Source: Squalus acanthias
Taxonomy: Eukaryota
Assembly: GCA_030390025.1 (NCBI GenBank)
Contig: CM059438.1
Span: 57,414,001-57,478,000 of the forward strand
Reading direction: 5' to 3'
Length of the DNA: 64,000 bases
Shown here: piece by piece, positions 50,301-62,261 of the stretch
Layout: the number at the start of each line of letters is the position of its first letter
Position numbering within the stretch: position 1 is the first letter of the stretch
The notes under the pieces: generated by a model
Database searches by the model: none
What the model was told of the DNA's origin: nothing
Seen by the model: the letters and a program-made list of their open reading frames with translations, nothing else
Made by a program: the position numbers and the translations under genes

Positions 50301-51641
50301 TTCTTCACCCAGAGAGTGGTGAACCTGTGGAATTCTCTACCACAGAAGGCAGTAGAGGCCAATTCATTAATATATTCAAGAAGGAGTTGGATATATTTCT
50401 TAAGGCTGAAGGGATCAAGGGATATGGGGGGGGAAAAAGCACGGACAGGGTTCTAAATTTGGATGATCAGCCATGATCGCATTGAATGGCGGAGCAGGCT
50501 AGAGGGGCCGAATGGCCTACTCCTGCTCCTATCTTCTATGTTTCTAGGATGGGGATATTCATGAAGCCTCCTCCTCCCGTTAGTTGTTTAATGGTCCACC
50601 ACCATTCACGACTGGATGTGGCAGGACTGCAGAGCTTTGATTTGATCCATTGATTGTGGGATCGCTTAGCCCTGTCTATAGCATGCTACTTTCGCTTTTT
50701 AGCATGCATGTAGTCCTGTGTTGCAGCTTCCCCAGGTTGGCACCTCGTTTTTAGGTACGCCTGGTGCTGTTCCTGGCATGTTCTTCTACACTCCTTATTG
50801 AACTAGGGTTGGTCCCCTGGCTTGATGGTAATGGTAGAGTGAGAGATATGCCGGGCCATGAGGTTACAGATTGTGGTGGAATACCTTTCTGCTGCTGCTG
50901 ATGGCCCACAGCATCTCATGGATGACCAGTTTGGAGCTGCTAGATCTGTTCTGAATCTATTCCATTTAGCACGGTGGTAGTGCCACACAACACGATGGAG
51001 AGTGTCCTCAGTGTGAAGACAGGACTTCGTCTCCACAATGACTGTGCAGTGGTCACTGCTACCAATGCTGTCATGGACAGATGCATCTGCGACAGGTAGA
51101 TTGGTGAGAACGAGGTCAAGTAGGTTTTTCCCTCGTGTTGGTTCTCTCACCACCTGTCGCAGGCCCAGACTGGCAGTTATGTCCTTCAGGACTCGGCCAG
51201 CTCGGTCAGTGGTGGTGCTACCGAGCCACTCTTGGTGATGGACATTGAAGTTCCCCACCCAGAGTACATTCTGTGCCCTTGCTACTCTCAGTGCTTCTTC
51301 CAAGTGGTGTTCAACATGGAGGAGTACTGATTCATCAGCTGAGGGAGGGCGGTCGGTGGTAATCAGCAGGAGGTTTCCTTGCCCATGCTTGACCTGAAGC
51401 CATGAGACTTCATAGGGTCTGGAGTCAATGTTGAGGACTCCCAGGGCCACTCCTTCCTGACTGTATACCACTGTGCCGCCACCCCTGGTGGGTCTGTCCA
51501 GGGATGGTGATGGAGGAGTTTGGGACATTGGCTGAAAGGTATGATTCTGTGAGTATGACTATGTCAGGCTGTTGCTTGACTCGTCTGTGGGACAGCTCTC
51601 CCAATTTTGGCACAAGTCCCCAGATGTTGGTGAGGAGGACT
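47325..51641 (-). mobile_element. Family-2 LINE (endonuclease and RT) split by a young CR1
   Basis: ORFs 50803-51528, 48311-48925 and 47501-48241. Confidence 0.92.
48928..50545 (+). mobile_element. Young 5'-truncated CR1
   Basis: Nearly identical to 9550-11176; TTCTATG tail. Confidence 0.94.
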
Positions 51642-52712
51642 TAATGTGATCTCAACCATAAAAATCTTTATTTTCACCACTTTCCGGTCTTGGAGAAATT
51701 TGTGTGCACCTTTGGAAGTGGCTTAGTGAGTTGCAGTGAATGGTGAGCCATTATGGTACCTCCATCAATGGTGAATGGATTAGTCATTGTGGGGATAGTT
51801 TGTGGAGTTGCTGTGGGGTATTACGAACCTGGCACAGCATGTGGCAGCCGTATGGGTGTGCAGTGTAAAGTTAAGTAAATCTGGCCATCCCTGGCCCCCC
51901 CGGGCAGCAATGTGCTCGGATGCTGATGCCCTCTGTCCTGTGTAGCATCAGGTGGCTGTGGAGAAGGTTGGTGGTGTTGTTGTTGGTGCTGCTGGTGAGC
52001 CTGGTGCTGCTGGTGTTGGGGCTCATCGTGATCAGATTCTGAGAACCAAGGTGAGACAGTATAAACGGCACCCATGCTGTAGAGTTGACCAAAGCAATCT
52101 GTCAATGGTGAGTGAGGTTGTTCCAATGAGGTGACACTGGATGGAGACTTTGCTGGAAACACTTGCAGCCTGCAGAAAGTTAAATCTGTGCTGGCAGTGT
52201 AGTCAGCAACAGCTTCTGCCTAAGGAAAGTGATCAGCTGTGAGGTCGGAGCTTTTACTGTACATTTAATGCCATCAAGTAATCAGCTGGAGCAATGGCCA
52301 CTCAACTCCCGCCTCAGGTTGACAGACATGGTTCCAGAGCTGCGTGAATCCCGTGGCCATGCAGGGAAATTTGAAATGTAGGGGGAAAAATGCTCTTAAG
52401 TGTCTGACCACAAGCTTATAATGATTTCAATTAGGTCGCCCACCTCTGCCGGTCGGGTCGCTGCTGCACCGGCAAACACGCCCAAGGGAAAAGTGCGTGG
52501 GGGTGGGATGATGGCGGGTTCCCAACCCGCTCCGACTTTTTTCAAACTTCCCACCTGACCCGCCTCCAATCGTGCCCACACGGACCCCAGAAAATTCCGG
52601 CCATAGTGTTTAAGAAAAGGACAGTGGGAAATAATAAGTGTATCGGCAAGGTATTTGGGCCATTTTCGGAGAAAACTATTAATCAACAAACAGACAGGAC
52701 CTTTAGAAGATC

Positions 52713-54470
52713 ATAGAATGATACAGCACAGAAGGAGGCCAATTTAGCCCATCGTTCCTGTGCCAGCACTTTGAAAGAGCTATACAACTAGTCCCACTCC
52801 TCTGCTCTTTCCCCCTTCAAGCAATTATCCAATTCCCTTTTGAAATCTATTATTGAATCTGCTTGAACCACCCTTCAGTCAGTGCATTCCAGATCATAAC
52901 AACTCAGTTGAGTACTTTCACATTTAATTTTTCCTTGTCCTTTTCCATAACTCCTCTAAACCTAATGATATAGTGATCAGTGTTTCCCAAGTGTTCCACA
53001 CTGAAACATGCTCCACTTCATTCCCCAGAACTAGATCCAGCAATGCTTCCTTCCTCATTGGGTTGGAAACATACTGATCAAGAAAGTTCTCTTGTGCACA
53101 TTCCTCCCCCTCTTTGCCCTTTACACTGTTATTTTTCCAATCTATAAGATAATTTCATCTTTCTGTAATTTGCCTGCAAATTTGCTCCTCCATCTCCTTT
53201 CCACAATTTTGTGGCCTATAGTATACACCCAGCAGCATAATAGCTTCTCTATTGTTCATTAATTCTAACCAAATAAATTCTGTCTTTGAACCCTCAGTAC
53301 AGCATCCCTCTTCAGTGCTATAATAGTTTATTTAATGAATACTGCCACCCCCCTCCTTTTTTTCCCCTTCCCTATCTTTCCTGAATACATTGTAGCCAAG
53401 AATATTAAGTGCCCTTTCCTCCTGTTGTTTGAGCCAGGTCTTCGTTATTGACACTATATCATAATCCCGTGTGGCTACTTGCGCCTGTGGTCCACCAACC
53501 TTAATCTAGGCTGACAATCCAGTGCAGTGCTGAGGGAGTGCTGCACTGTCAGAGGTGCCGTCTTTTGGATGAGACATTAAACCGCGGCCCCGCCTGCCCT
53601 CTCAGGTGGACATGAAAGATCAAAGAAGAGCAGGGGAATTATCCCCGGTGTCCTGGCCAATATTTATCCCTCAATCAACATAACAAAAACAGATTATCTG
53701 GTCATTATCACATTGCTGTTTGTGAGAGCTTGTTGTGCGCAAATTGGCTGCCGCGTTTCCCACATTACAACAGTGACTACACCCCAAAAGTACTTAATTG
53801 GTTGTAAAGCACTTTCAGATGTCCAGTGGTCGTGAAAGGCACTGTATAAATGCAAGTCTTTCTTTCTTTTTACCACACATTTACGCACATGCGCTCCAAA
53901 CCCATCTTAGTCTGCCTCGCATTACCCATTGTCTGAAAACTCCTATTCCTGAACTACTCTTTATTCTCTTGCTGTTTGTCTCTCCCAGTCCTCTGTGCAT
54001 CTTGTACCTCCTCTAATGCTTCATCCTGGTGCCCCTCCCCCCAACAAATTAGTTTAAATCCTCCACCACAGCACTAGTTACCCTCCCTGCGAGGACATTG
54101 GTCCCATCCCTGTTAAGGTGCAATCCATCCACCTTGTACAGGTCCTTCCTGCCCCAGAACCAGTCCCAATGCTCCAGGAATCTGAAGCCTTCCCTCCTAC
54201 ACCATTTCTCCAGCCACACGTTAAGCTGTATTATTTTACTGCTCCTATACTCACTAGCACGTCACACTGAGAGTAATCCAAAGATTGCTATCTTTAAGGT
54301 CCTGCACTTTAACTTCCTCACTAGCTCCTAGAACTCTGTCTGTAGGACCTCAATCCTTCTTCTACCTATGTCATTGGTTCCAACATTGATCACGACTTCT
54401 GGCTGTTCTCCTTTCCCCTGCAAAATGTTCTGCAGCTGTTCAGTGATTTATCCTTGCACCAGGGAGGCAA
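52713..54470 (-). mobile_element. Old, heavily deleted CR1 containing a + strand SINE (about 53505-53870)
   Basis: Reverse-strand similarity to ORF1, endonuclease and tail of the CR1s at 26.4-27.9k and 39.6-40.1k; SINE matches 37650-38015. Confidence 0.75.
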
Positions 54471-54616
54471 CAAAGTTAATTGGATATATACTTGAAAAGG
54501 AAAGATTTGCAGGTGTATGGGAAAAGAGCAGGGTGAGACTACACGAGGAAGTACACCTGGAGAAAGGACCGATAATGAGAAACTAATAAAGAAACAAACA
54601 AGATAAAATATCTTAC

Positions 54617-54643
54617 TGTAAAATATCCTCTTCGTTGCAAATC
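54617..54643 (-). CDS. Candidate 27-nt micro-exon (phase 2-2, ICNEEDIL)
   Basis: ctgacaatactgatattaacttctag|GATTTGCAACGAAGAGGATATTTTACA|gtaaga. Confidence 0.68.
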
Positions 54644-55217
54644 CTAGAAGTTAATATCAGTATTGTCAGACAAGAATTAGAACATGAAAAACAATTTAGC
54701 CCAGTCAATTCGTGTTGGTGTTTATCCTCCACGAGCAGTGTTCTTAATCCCATGTGCCTGCCCTGGTCCCATATCCTTTCATTCCCCTTTTCCTTCAACA
54801 CCTACCTATCGTACTCTGAATGTTGGCACTGTCACCGCTTCCACAGCCTCACAACCCTTGTGTAAAAAGGTTTCTCCTACTTTATGTCCTTTATCTCTTA
54901 CATTTAATCTTATATCTATGTCCCCTCAACTACAAGAAGCAGTCTGTGTCTATCTACTCTGTCCCATCTCTTCATAATTTTAAACCTAAAGCAAATCACC
55001 CAATAATCCCCTCTGTTCGAACGAATGCAGTCCCAATTTTTCAAGTCTTTCTTTGTATTTGCTTCTTATCATAACAAAAGCAAACCAATTACTGCAGCTA
55101 GTTAATACTAAAATTCACAGCACATTATGAAGACTGACCTCTCAATTAGAGGAAGAATTGGGAAAAAGGAGTGGAAAATGAGAAAATAAGAAATAAAGAG
55201 ATTGGGAAATATCTCAC

Positions 55218-55244
55218 CTCTGTTGATTAACTAGATTGTCAGCT
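55218..55244 (-). CDS. Candidate 27-nt micro-exon (phase 2-2, ADNLVNQQ)
   Basis: ctaacttgctaatttgtatttctag|AGCTGACAATCTAGTTAATCAACAGAG|gtgaga; the other two frames contain stops. Confidence 0.7.
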
Positions 55245-55336
55245 CTAGAAATACAAATTAGCAAGTTAGATAGGAAGTAACAACACATTGAAACCAGTTT
55301 ACAGCAAACTGCAACAACAACAACTGGCATTTATAT

Positions 55337-56322
55337 ATTTTTTTCATTCGCGGGATGTGGGTGTCGCTGGCAAGGGCAGCATTTATTGCCCATCCCTAAT
55401 TTCCCTTAAGAAGGTGGTAGTGAGCCACCTTCTTGAACCACTGCAGTCCGTGTGGTGAAGGTACTCCCACAGTGCTGTTAGGGAGGGAGTTCCAGGATTT
55501 TGACCCAGCGACGATTAAGGAACGGTGACATATTTCCAAGTCAGGATGGTGTGTGACTTGGAGGGTAACTTGGAGGTGGTGGTGTTCCCATGCGCCTGCT
55601 GCCCTTGTCCTTCTAGGCGGTAGACGTCGCGGGTTTGGGAGGTGCTGTCGAAGAAGCCTTGGCGAGTTGCTGTAATGCAACTTGTAGATGGTACATACTG
55701 GAGCCACAGTACGCTGGTGGTGGAGGGGGTGAATGTCTAAGGTGATGGGTGGGGTGCCAATCAAGCCGGCTGCTTTGTCTTGGATAGTGTCGAGCTTCTT
55801 GAGTGTTGTTGGAGCTGCACTCATCCAAGTAAGTGGAGAGTATTCCATTACACTCCTGACTTGTGCCTTATAGATGGTGGAGAGACTTTAGGGATTCAGG
55901 AGATGAGTCACTCGCCACAGAATGCCCAGTCTCTGACCTGCTCTTGTAGCCACAGTATGTATGTGGCTGGTCCAGTTAAGTTTCTGGTCAATGGTGACCT
56001 CAGGCTGTTGATGGTGGGGGATTTGGTGATGGTAATGCCATTGATTGTCGAGGGGAGATGGTTAGACACTCTCTTGTTGGAGATGGTCATTGCCTGGCAC
56101 TTGTTTAGCACAAATGTTGCTTGCCACTTATCAGCCCAAGCCTGAATGTTGTCCAGGTCTTGTTGCATGCGGGCACGGACTGCTTCATTATCTGAGGCAT
56201 TGCAAATGAAACTGAACGCTGCAATCATCAGCGAACACCCCTACATCTGACCTTATGATGGAGGGAAGGTAATTGATGAAGCAGCTGAGGATGGTTGGGC
56301 CTAGGACCCTGCCCTGAGGAAC
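55337..56322 (-). mobile_element. Family-2 LINE 3' fragment, inserted in the tail of an L2 3' fragment (56323-56700, -)
   Basis: ORFs 55396-55848 and 55908-56228; L2 C-terminal FKLLLKTYLFDQ in ORF 56416-56685. Confidence 0.88.
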
Positions 56323-57120
56323 TTTATAGCACCTTTAATGTAGTAAAAATGTCCCAAGGCGCTTGATAGGAACTTTATGAGACAAATATTTGACACTGAG
56401 CCACGTAAAGAGATTTTAGGACAGGTGGCTAAAAGTTTGATCAAAGAGGTAGGTTTTAAGCAGCAACTTAAAGGAGGACAGCGAAGTAGAGGTGGAAAGG
56501 TTTAAGGAGGGAATTCCAGAGCTTAGGGTCTCGGCAGCTGAATGCACGGCCGCCAATGGTGGAGCAATGAAAATCGGGGCTGCGCAAGAGGCCAGAATTG
56601 GAGGAGCGCAGAGATCTTGGATGCTTTGGAGGTAGGGGAAATTACAGGGATAGGGATAAGCGAGGCCATGGAGAAATTTGAACACAAGGGTGATATCTCA
56701 TTATAACACACTGGTACATAACGGGGGCGAAAAGACAATGGTGGGAGCCTTAGCGCTATCCCTGGAAAATGAGGCAGAGGCTTGAGGCCTGTAATGCTCA
56801 GTGGCAGGCCCAAAAAGGGAGGGGAACATGAGCACAATTGGCCCCCAAATTCAACTTTAATCAGCCAGCCACCCCATAATGCGACTGATGTGTCTCAGCA
56901 ACACTCTAGCTGCAAAGTGTCCATGGAATGAGTAAGGTAGAGGAGGCTGCTATAAAAATTTAAAAAGAATTCATGCACCCTTGCCCTTTGCCCTCTCCCC
57001 AGAACCCATGCCCTTTCCTCACTGTGCCTACGCTGCCCAGTGTCCTTCCACCCATGGGAGGAAAGTGCCTGACACATGATGGGCAGCAACAGCCCTTCAC
57101 AGGCTGCTGACAGTGACAAT

Positions 57121-58247
57121 GGGCTGAATCTTTACCTTGCCTTGGGGTTGGGTGCGGGGTGCCGTGGAGTGGGTCGCTATCCCGTACATTCTATTAACGT
57201 GCTCTACAGTGTCTTTTTAACTAAACTACTCCAATTGAATTAGTCATGCGGTTTTCCTGGCCAATTAACTGGAGCAGTTCTGAGGACATCACGGATGACT
57301 TGACTTCATCTCACCGATATAAAGGAGCATTGCACAGATGACAGTTGAAGATTGGTGGAAGTGCTACAGAGGTTGGTGCGGGAGACAGTGGTTGGTGTGA
57401 GAGTAAGCAAATTGCTTAATTATAAAGGTTTAAAGATTTGTAAGCAAAAATGCAGGCTTAGCACCAAAAGGCTGTGCCCAAATTCAGTGTTGCCTCCCTG
57501 GAAATCCTGCTGCAGGGAGTGAGAGCCCGCAGGAAGGACCTCTTCCCTTGTCTTGGAAGGAAGAGGCCAGCGGCAGAGACAAAGAGGGCATCGCTGGAGA
57601 TCGCTGAGGAAGTGACCAGCAGGAGTGTTGTCACCAGGTCCTGGATACAGTGCAGGAAGAGATTTAATGACCTCACGAGGTCAGGAAAGGTGAGACACAT
57701 TCAATTACATCCTGATGTGCATGTCACCCCAACCCCATCATTCTGCCTTCCCAAGCCTACTCCTTCACATCACTCTTCACACCAACCTACCTTGCAGATG
57801 CACCCATCTCTCACTGTCTATGCACCTACTCACATCCCCATCTGACTATCCACCACTGACACTCACCCTCATCCTAATACAATCATAGAATCATAGAAAT
57901 TATCGCCACAGAAGGAGGCCATTTGGCAATGTCACGCCACTCCCTCAGAGTCACCCTCTGCAGATCGAGCCCATCCATCCCTTCCACTTATTCCATGACT
58001 TTCACTCAAAGTTTTCTTGTTTCCCTCCTTGCAGAAGAGAGCAAAGAACACCAGGGAGAGGCAGATGCGCCAAGCTGGCACCGCCCCACACCAACACCAT
58101 AAAGCATCCCTACTATGACCAAGACATTCCTTTCACACTCATCACCATTGTGGGGGTTACCGTTGTGTCTCACCATTCACTGCAACTCACTAAGTCACTT
58201 CCAAAGGTAAACACAAATCTGTCCAAGTGTTGAAAATAAAGATTTCT
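57121..58247 (+). mobile_element. Rearranged Harbinger: left TIR, Myb exon 1 (57450-57689), truncated exon 2
   Basis: GGGCTGAATCTTT start; PKFSVASLEILLQGV...RSWIQCRKRFNDLTRSGK|GT. Confidence 0.8.
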
Positions 58248-58713
58248 GGGGGGAAAATTTGGTACTTTAGCACCTCCCATTAGCGCCAGCTAGAGCATTA
58301 TCACCAGGGCGAGGCGAATCCGACGCCACACGCCAAATCCCACCCCCCCCCCCGCAGCTAACAGTTATCACCGAGAGCCTCAACGCCAGGTGGATTGTAA
58401 AGTCAGTGAGTGTGCAACGCTCACTGGCTGCCCGATCTGCGAAATTGATTGTCGCCACCTACCTTAGCACCTGGAGGAAACAGCGACAGGGAGAGCTGGC
58501 GTGAAGCAACAAGAAGCCAGCTCCAGGGACGTTATTTAAAGGGATCATCAGTAATGAGCTGCAGCTGTAGGTTAGTGGAGTTTCAGTGCTTTCTTGTCAG
58601 TTTCACACAGTGCAACAGTCTCATTCCATAATTTCAACGTTATTTAGTATCAGGAGTCTTATGGCAACTAAAAAGTAGCTACATTTATTCTTAAAAAAAT
58701 CAAACTGCTACAC

Positions 58714-59769
58714 TTGGTTACATTAACGGGGGCTGTACTGACAGTCGACCTCGCTCTCCAGGATTTACAGCTGCGGGAGCAGAGGCAGCGAGAAAGACTG
58801 GAACATGTGGCCCGAGGGAGGAGGAGGGCCATCAGGGCTCTCAACAGGAGGCCTTACCCTCCGAGGGTATTCCGAGAGCACTTCTCCTACCTCCAATTAA
58901 GCGAGGAGCAGTCTATTAGAAGGTTCCGCTTCACCAAGGAGGTGGTCACAGAACTCTGCCACCTCCTGCAACCAGACCTCCAGCCTCAGATCAGGACGAC
59001 CACGGCTCTCTCAGTGGCAGTCAAGGTCACCATCGCCCTCAATTTCTTTGCCAGCAGATCCTTCCAGTCTGCAACAGGAGACATAGCTAACATCTTGCAG
59101 TTCACCATCCATTGCTGCATCCGGGAGGTCACAGAGGCTCTCTACAGTAGAAGGGATTACATTTCCTTCCCCATCACCAGAGAGAAGCAGGACGAGCATG
59201 CATTTGGCTTTGCCAGGATAGCAGGATTCCCCATGGTGCAGGGCGCCATTGACTGCACCCATGTGGCTTTGTGGGCACCTCATAACAATCCTGAGATCTG
59301 CCGTAAAAGATACCACTCACTTAATGTGTGGTTTGTGTGCGACCACAGACAGCGAATCCTCAATGTCAATGCCCGCTATCCTCGCAGCATCCATGATGCC
59401 TTCATTCTGCGCCAGACCGGTGTGCCAGCACTCTTCCAGCCACCACATCAAGCTCGCGGCTGCCTGTTCGGAGACAAGGGCTATCTGCTCTCCAACTGGC
59501 TCATGGCTCCGCTCCGCAACCCCAACACTCCTGCCCAGCACTCATATAATGAGAGCCATGCTGCCACCAGGAACATCATCGAGCAGACCATCGGGATGCT
59601 CAAGCAACGGTTCCGCTGCCTTGATCGCTCGGGAGGAGCCCTCCAGTACTCGGCTGAGCTGGTGTCCCATTTCATGGTGATCTGTTGCATGTTCCACAAC
59701 TTGGCCATCATGAAGGCCCAGCCCTTGCCACCACGGACTGCGGGACCACCTCAGGAGGAGGAAGAGTGA
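58714..59769 (+). CDS. Harbinger (HARBI1-like) DDE transposase, uninterrupted 351-codon ORF with a TTG start
   Basis: RFRFTKE, GAIDCTHV, HDAFIL, GDKGY and IEQTIGMLKQRFRCL motifs. Confidence 0.85.
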   Translation: MVTLTGAVLTVDLALQDLQLREQRQRERLEHVARGRRRAIRALNRRPYPPRVFREHFSYLQLSEEQSIRRFRFTKEVVTELCHLLQPDLQPQIRTTTALSVAVKVTIALNFFASRSFQSATGDIANILQFTIHCCIREVTEALYSRRDYISFPITREKQDEHAFGFARIAGFPMVQGAIDCTHVALWAPHNNPEICRKRYHSLNVWFVCDHRQRILNVNARYPRSIHDAFILRQTGVPALFQPPHQARGCLFGDKGYLLSNWLMAPLRNPNTPAQHSYNESHAATRNIIEQTIGMLKQRFRCLDRSGGALQYSAELVSHFMVICCMFHNLAIMKAQPLPPRTAGPPQEEEE

Positions 59770-60099
59770 GAGGAGGAGGAGAAGGAGGAGGAGGACGAGG
59801 AGGAAGACAAGGAGGACAAGGAAGAGGAGGAACAGGAGCAAGGGAGGAGGCAGCCATTCAATCAGCCTTCCGGAAGGGCGGCCTGTGATCGCCTCATCAG
59901 ACTGTGATTCGAATGAATTAAACCCCAGATCCCCGTTGCTCACCACATCCCCATCATTCCATCCCTGTTGCAGGCCATTTCACAGCACAAAGCTGAAATG
60001 AGACACACCACAAAAGAATCCAAGCTGAATTCATAAATTTATCAAAAATCAGTGAATACATATTTACAACAAAAATATTAACTGTTCGCCCTTGTGCAC

Positions 60100-61895
60100 T
60101 CCCTATAGTGCCTTTGCCTACTTTAGTGCTCCTACGAAGTGTTGGCCCAATGGCTGCAGCAGGGCTGGTGGAAGGCTGCTGAGTGTCCGTGCAGGAGACT
60201 TCAGATGGCCTTGCACGACACCGGCGACAAGGCCCGGCTGTAGACTGCACCACCTCAGCATGGGCAGCAGCAGTCTGGGCTGGCTGGATGACAGACAGTG
60301 ACATGGGCAATGGCGTGGCAGTGGTGGGAGCAGGAATGCTGTCATCTTGTGAGAGGACAGCAAGTTCCTGCTCCACTGACCCACTGCCACTTCCCCGGGG
60401 CAGCACCTCAGCATCCCTAGCAATCTGTTGGAGCACAGATTGCTGGCCTGCTGCGACACCGTGAAAGCCCCGGTCGACGGTGGTAGACCCAGCCACAATG
60501 GCAGCAGTCAGAGCTTGGGTGGCATCATGCTGAGATTGCATGAGAGCAGTCTGAGATTAGATGCCACCAGGCATAGATTGCATTACAGCACCAAGACGTT
60601 GCGTCGCTTCCGCCTGTTCTGCAATAGAAGCTGCCAGATCGTCCATCACATGCGGCATCAGGTCTGGGTCGCCACGGTGTCTCTGGGAGTCTATCATCCT
60701 TTGCAGACTGGAAATGATGGGCTCCATGGTGTGCGCAGAGCTCTGTGCAATGTTGGAGGCGGACTCCTCCACGCTCTTTATCATTGCCGAGAGGCTCTTG
60801 CGCACCCTTGCCACTGCACCTATCATCTCCATGTGCATGCCCATCACCCTTCTTCTAAAGGCCTCCCCATCAAGGTCCTCATCTGAGTCCTGTGCAGCAG
60901 AACTCGCGCACGAACTCGCCCTCCGGGGAGCTGGAGCCCACTTGTGCCCAGTGTCTCACCCTGTGCAGATGCCGCTACTATACTAGCCTCTAAAGAACAC
61001 GTAGTGCCAGTATCTGAGCTGGTGTCTGCAGGTGAGACATGCAGTGACACGATGTGTTCTTCCTCCTCCTCTTCTCCCGCCTCGCTCTCTATGGTGCCCT
61101 CAAGGACAGGCTGCTCAGGTGCTTGCTCATTATCTGAAAGCATAAAGACACAAGAGTGGGGTTAAGGTGAAGGGAGAAATGCATGCATACAGCATGATTA
61201 GCTGGAAAGTGCGAAACGCTTGTGGGGTGAGGGGCAAGTGGGATGTGAAAAGAAGGAGTAGCGATGAATATACCATTGTTGTCCCCAAGGGGGTCAACAT
61301 CACCGGTGGCCACGGTGCCCACCACCTGGCGCCCAATAATCAGCAGCACGCTATTTTCCAGCGCAGACAGTGGTTGGGTGTCGAGTTGTCCCCCGCCTGT
61401 GTGTTCCTGCTCATTCCTGTTGCAAGCCACCTTGGCCTGCAAGAGAAAGGAAAGTGTGTGAGTGAGAGTGGAGCAATGTGTTTGGGTGATGTGCCTGCCA
61501 TAGTTGAATAGCTGTCATTGTGTACCATGTGTGAGCTGTGGGTGTGTGTGTTGGGAGGTTGAGATTGTTGGTGGCTGAGTGCTGGGGGTATAGTGCTTTG
61601 GGTTGTGTGTGAAGACTGTGGCTCAGATGGTGGTATGTAGCATTTGTTGAAGCATTCACTCACCCTGACCACCCGAGTGAGGTCGTTAAATTTCTTCCTG
61701 CACTGTGTGTGGGTCCTGGGGACCACAGTGCTGTCTGAGACATGCTGCGCTACCTCCCTCCACATGGTGCAGAAGACTTGCGGCGAGGGCCTCCTGCCAC
61801 TTGTCGGGTAGAGCACCGCCCTCCATCTCTCCACAGCGAACACCAACTTGATCGCTGAATCTCTGGGCTCTCTACCTGGGGGGTGGATCTGCCAT
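60100..61895 (-). pseudogene. Myb/SANT-like gene of H2; exons about 61895-61664, 61436-61274, 61133 to about 60100
   Basis: WREVAQHVS...RTHTQCRKKFNDLTRVVR|GT; GT-AG introns; frameshifts in exons 1 and 3. Confidence 0.82.
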
Positions 61896-62261
61896 GAGTA
61901 CAGCTGCTTCAGTCCTCCGGCTGCTTCTCGTTGACCTGCTGCTGCTTGCTGAGGCAGCTGCACAGCCAGCAATGCTAAGAATGAGGTTCTGCAGCATCAA
62001 TGAACCTCCCCTTTAAGAACTGGAAACAGCCTGTGGCAATCATGACTTGCAATTAGACTGCATCTGATATTGGTCCACCCTTTGAGTGTAACGCCAATGA
62101 GCTTGGGGTTAAAGACTTGAATTAGTGCTCGAATCATTTCTTTGAGCAGTGAGCATGAATTTTGCGTGCAGTATAAAGCATTAGCACCTGGCAGTAATTC
62201 TCCAACTTTTCTAATTATACCGCCCATTCCTGGGCTACAATGAATTTCTAACACTTTATGA

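Larger units (their letters stand above)
45778..52602. mobile_element. Myb-only Harbinger (H1-like TIRs) interrupted by LINEs
   Basis: TIRs GGTCGGAATTTTCTG / CAGAAAATTCCGGCC, flanks AGA/ATA; Myb exons 46072-47325; deleted transposase 51860-52075 (-). Confidence 0.88.
58248..62254. mobile_element. Full-length two-gene Harbinger H2
   Basis: Left TIR GGGGGGAAAATTTGGT, degenerate right TIR ATGAATTTCTAACAC, flanks TCT/TTT; convergent transposase and Myb genes. Confidence 0.85.
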
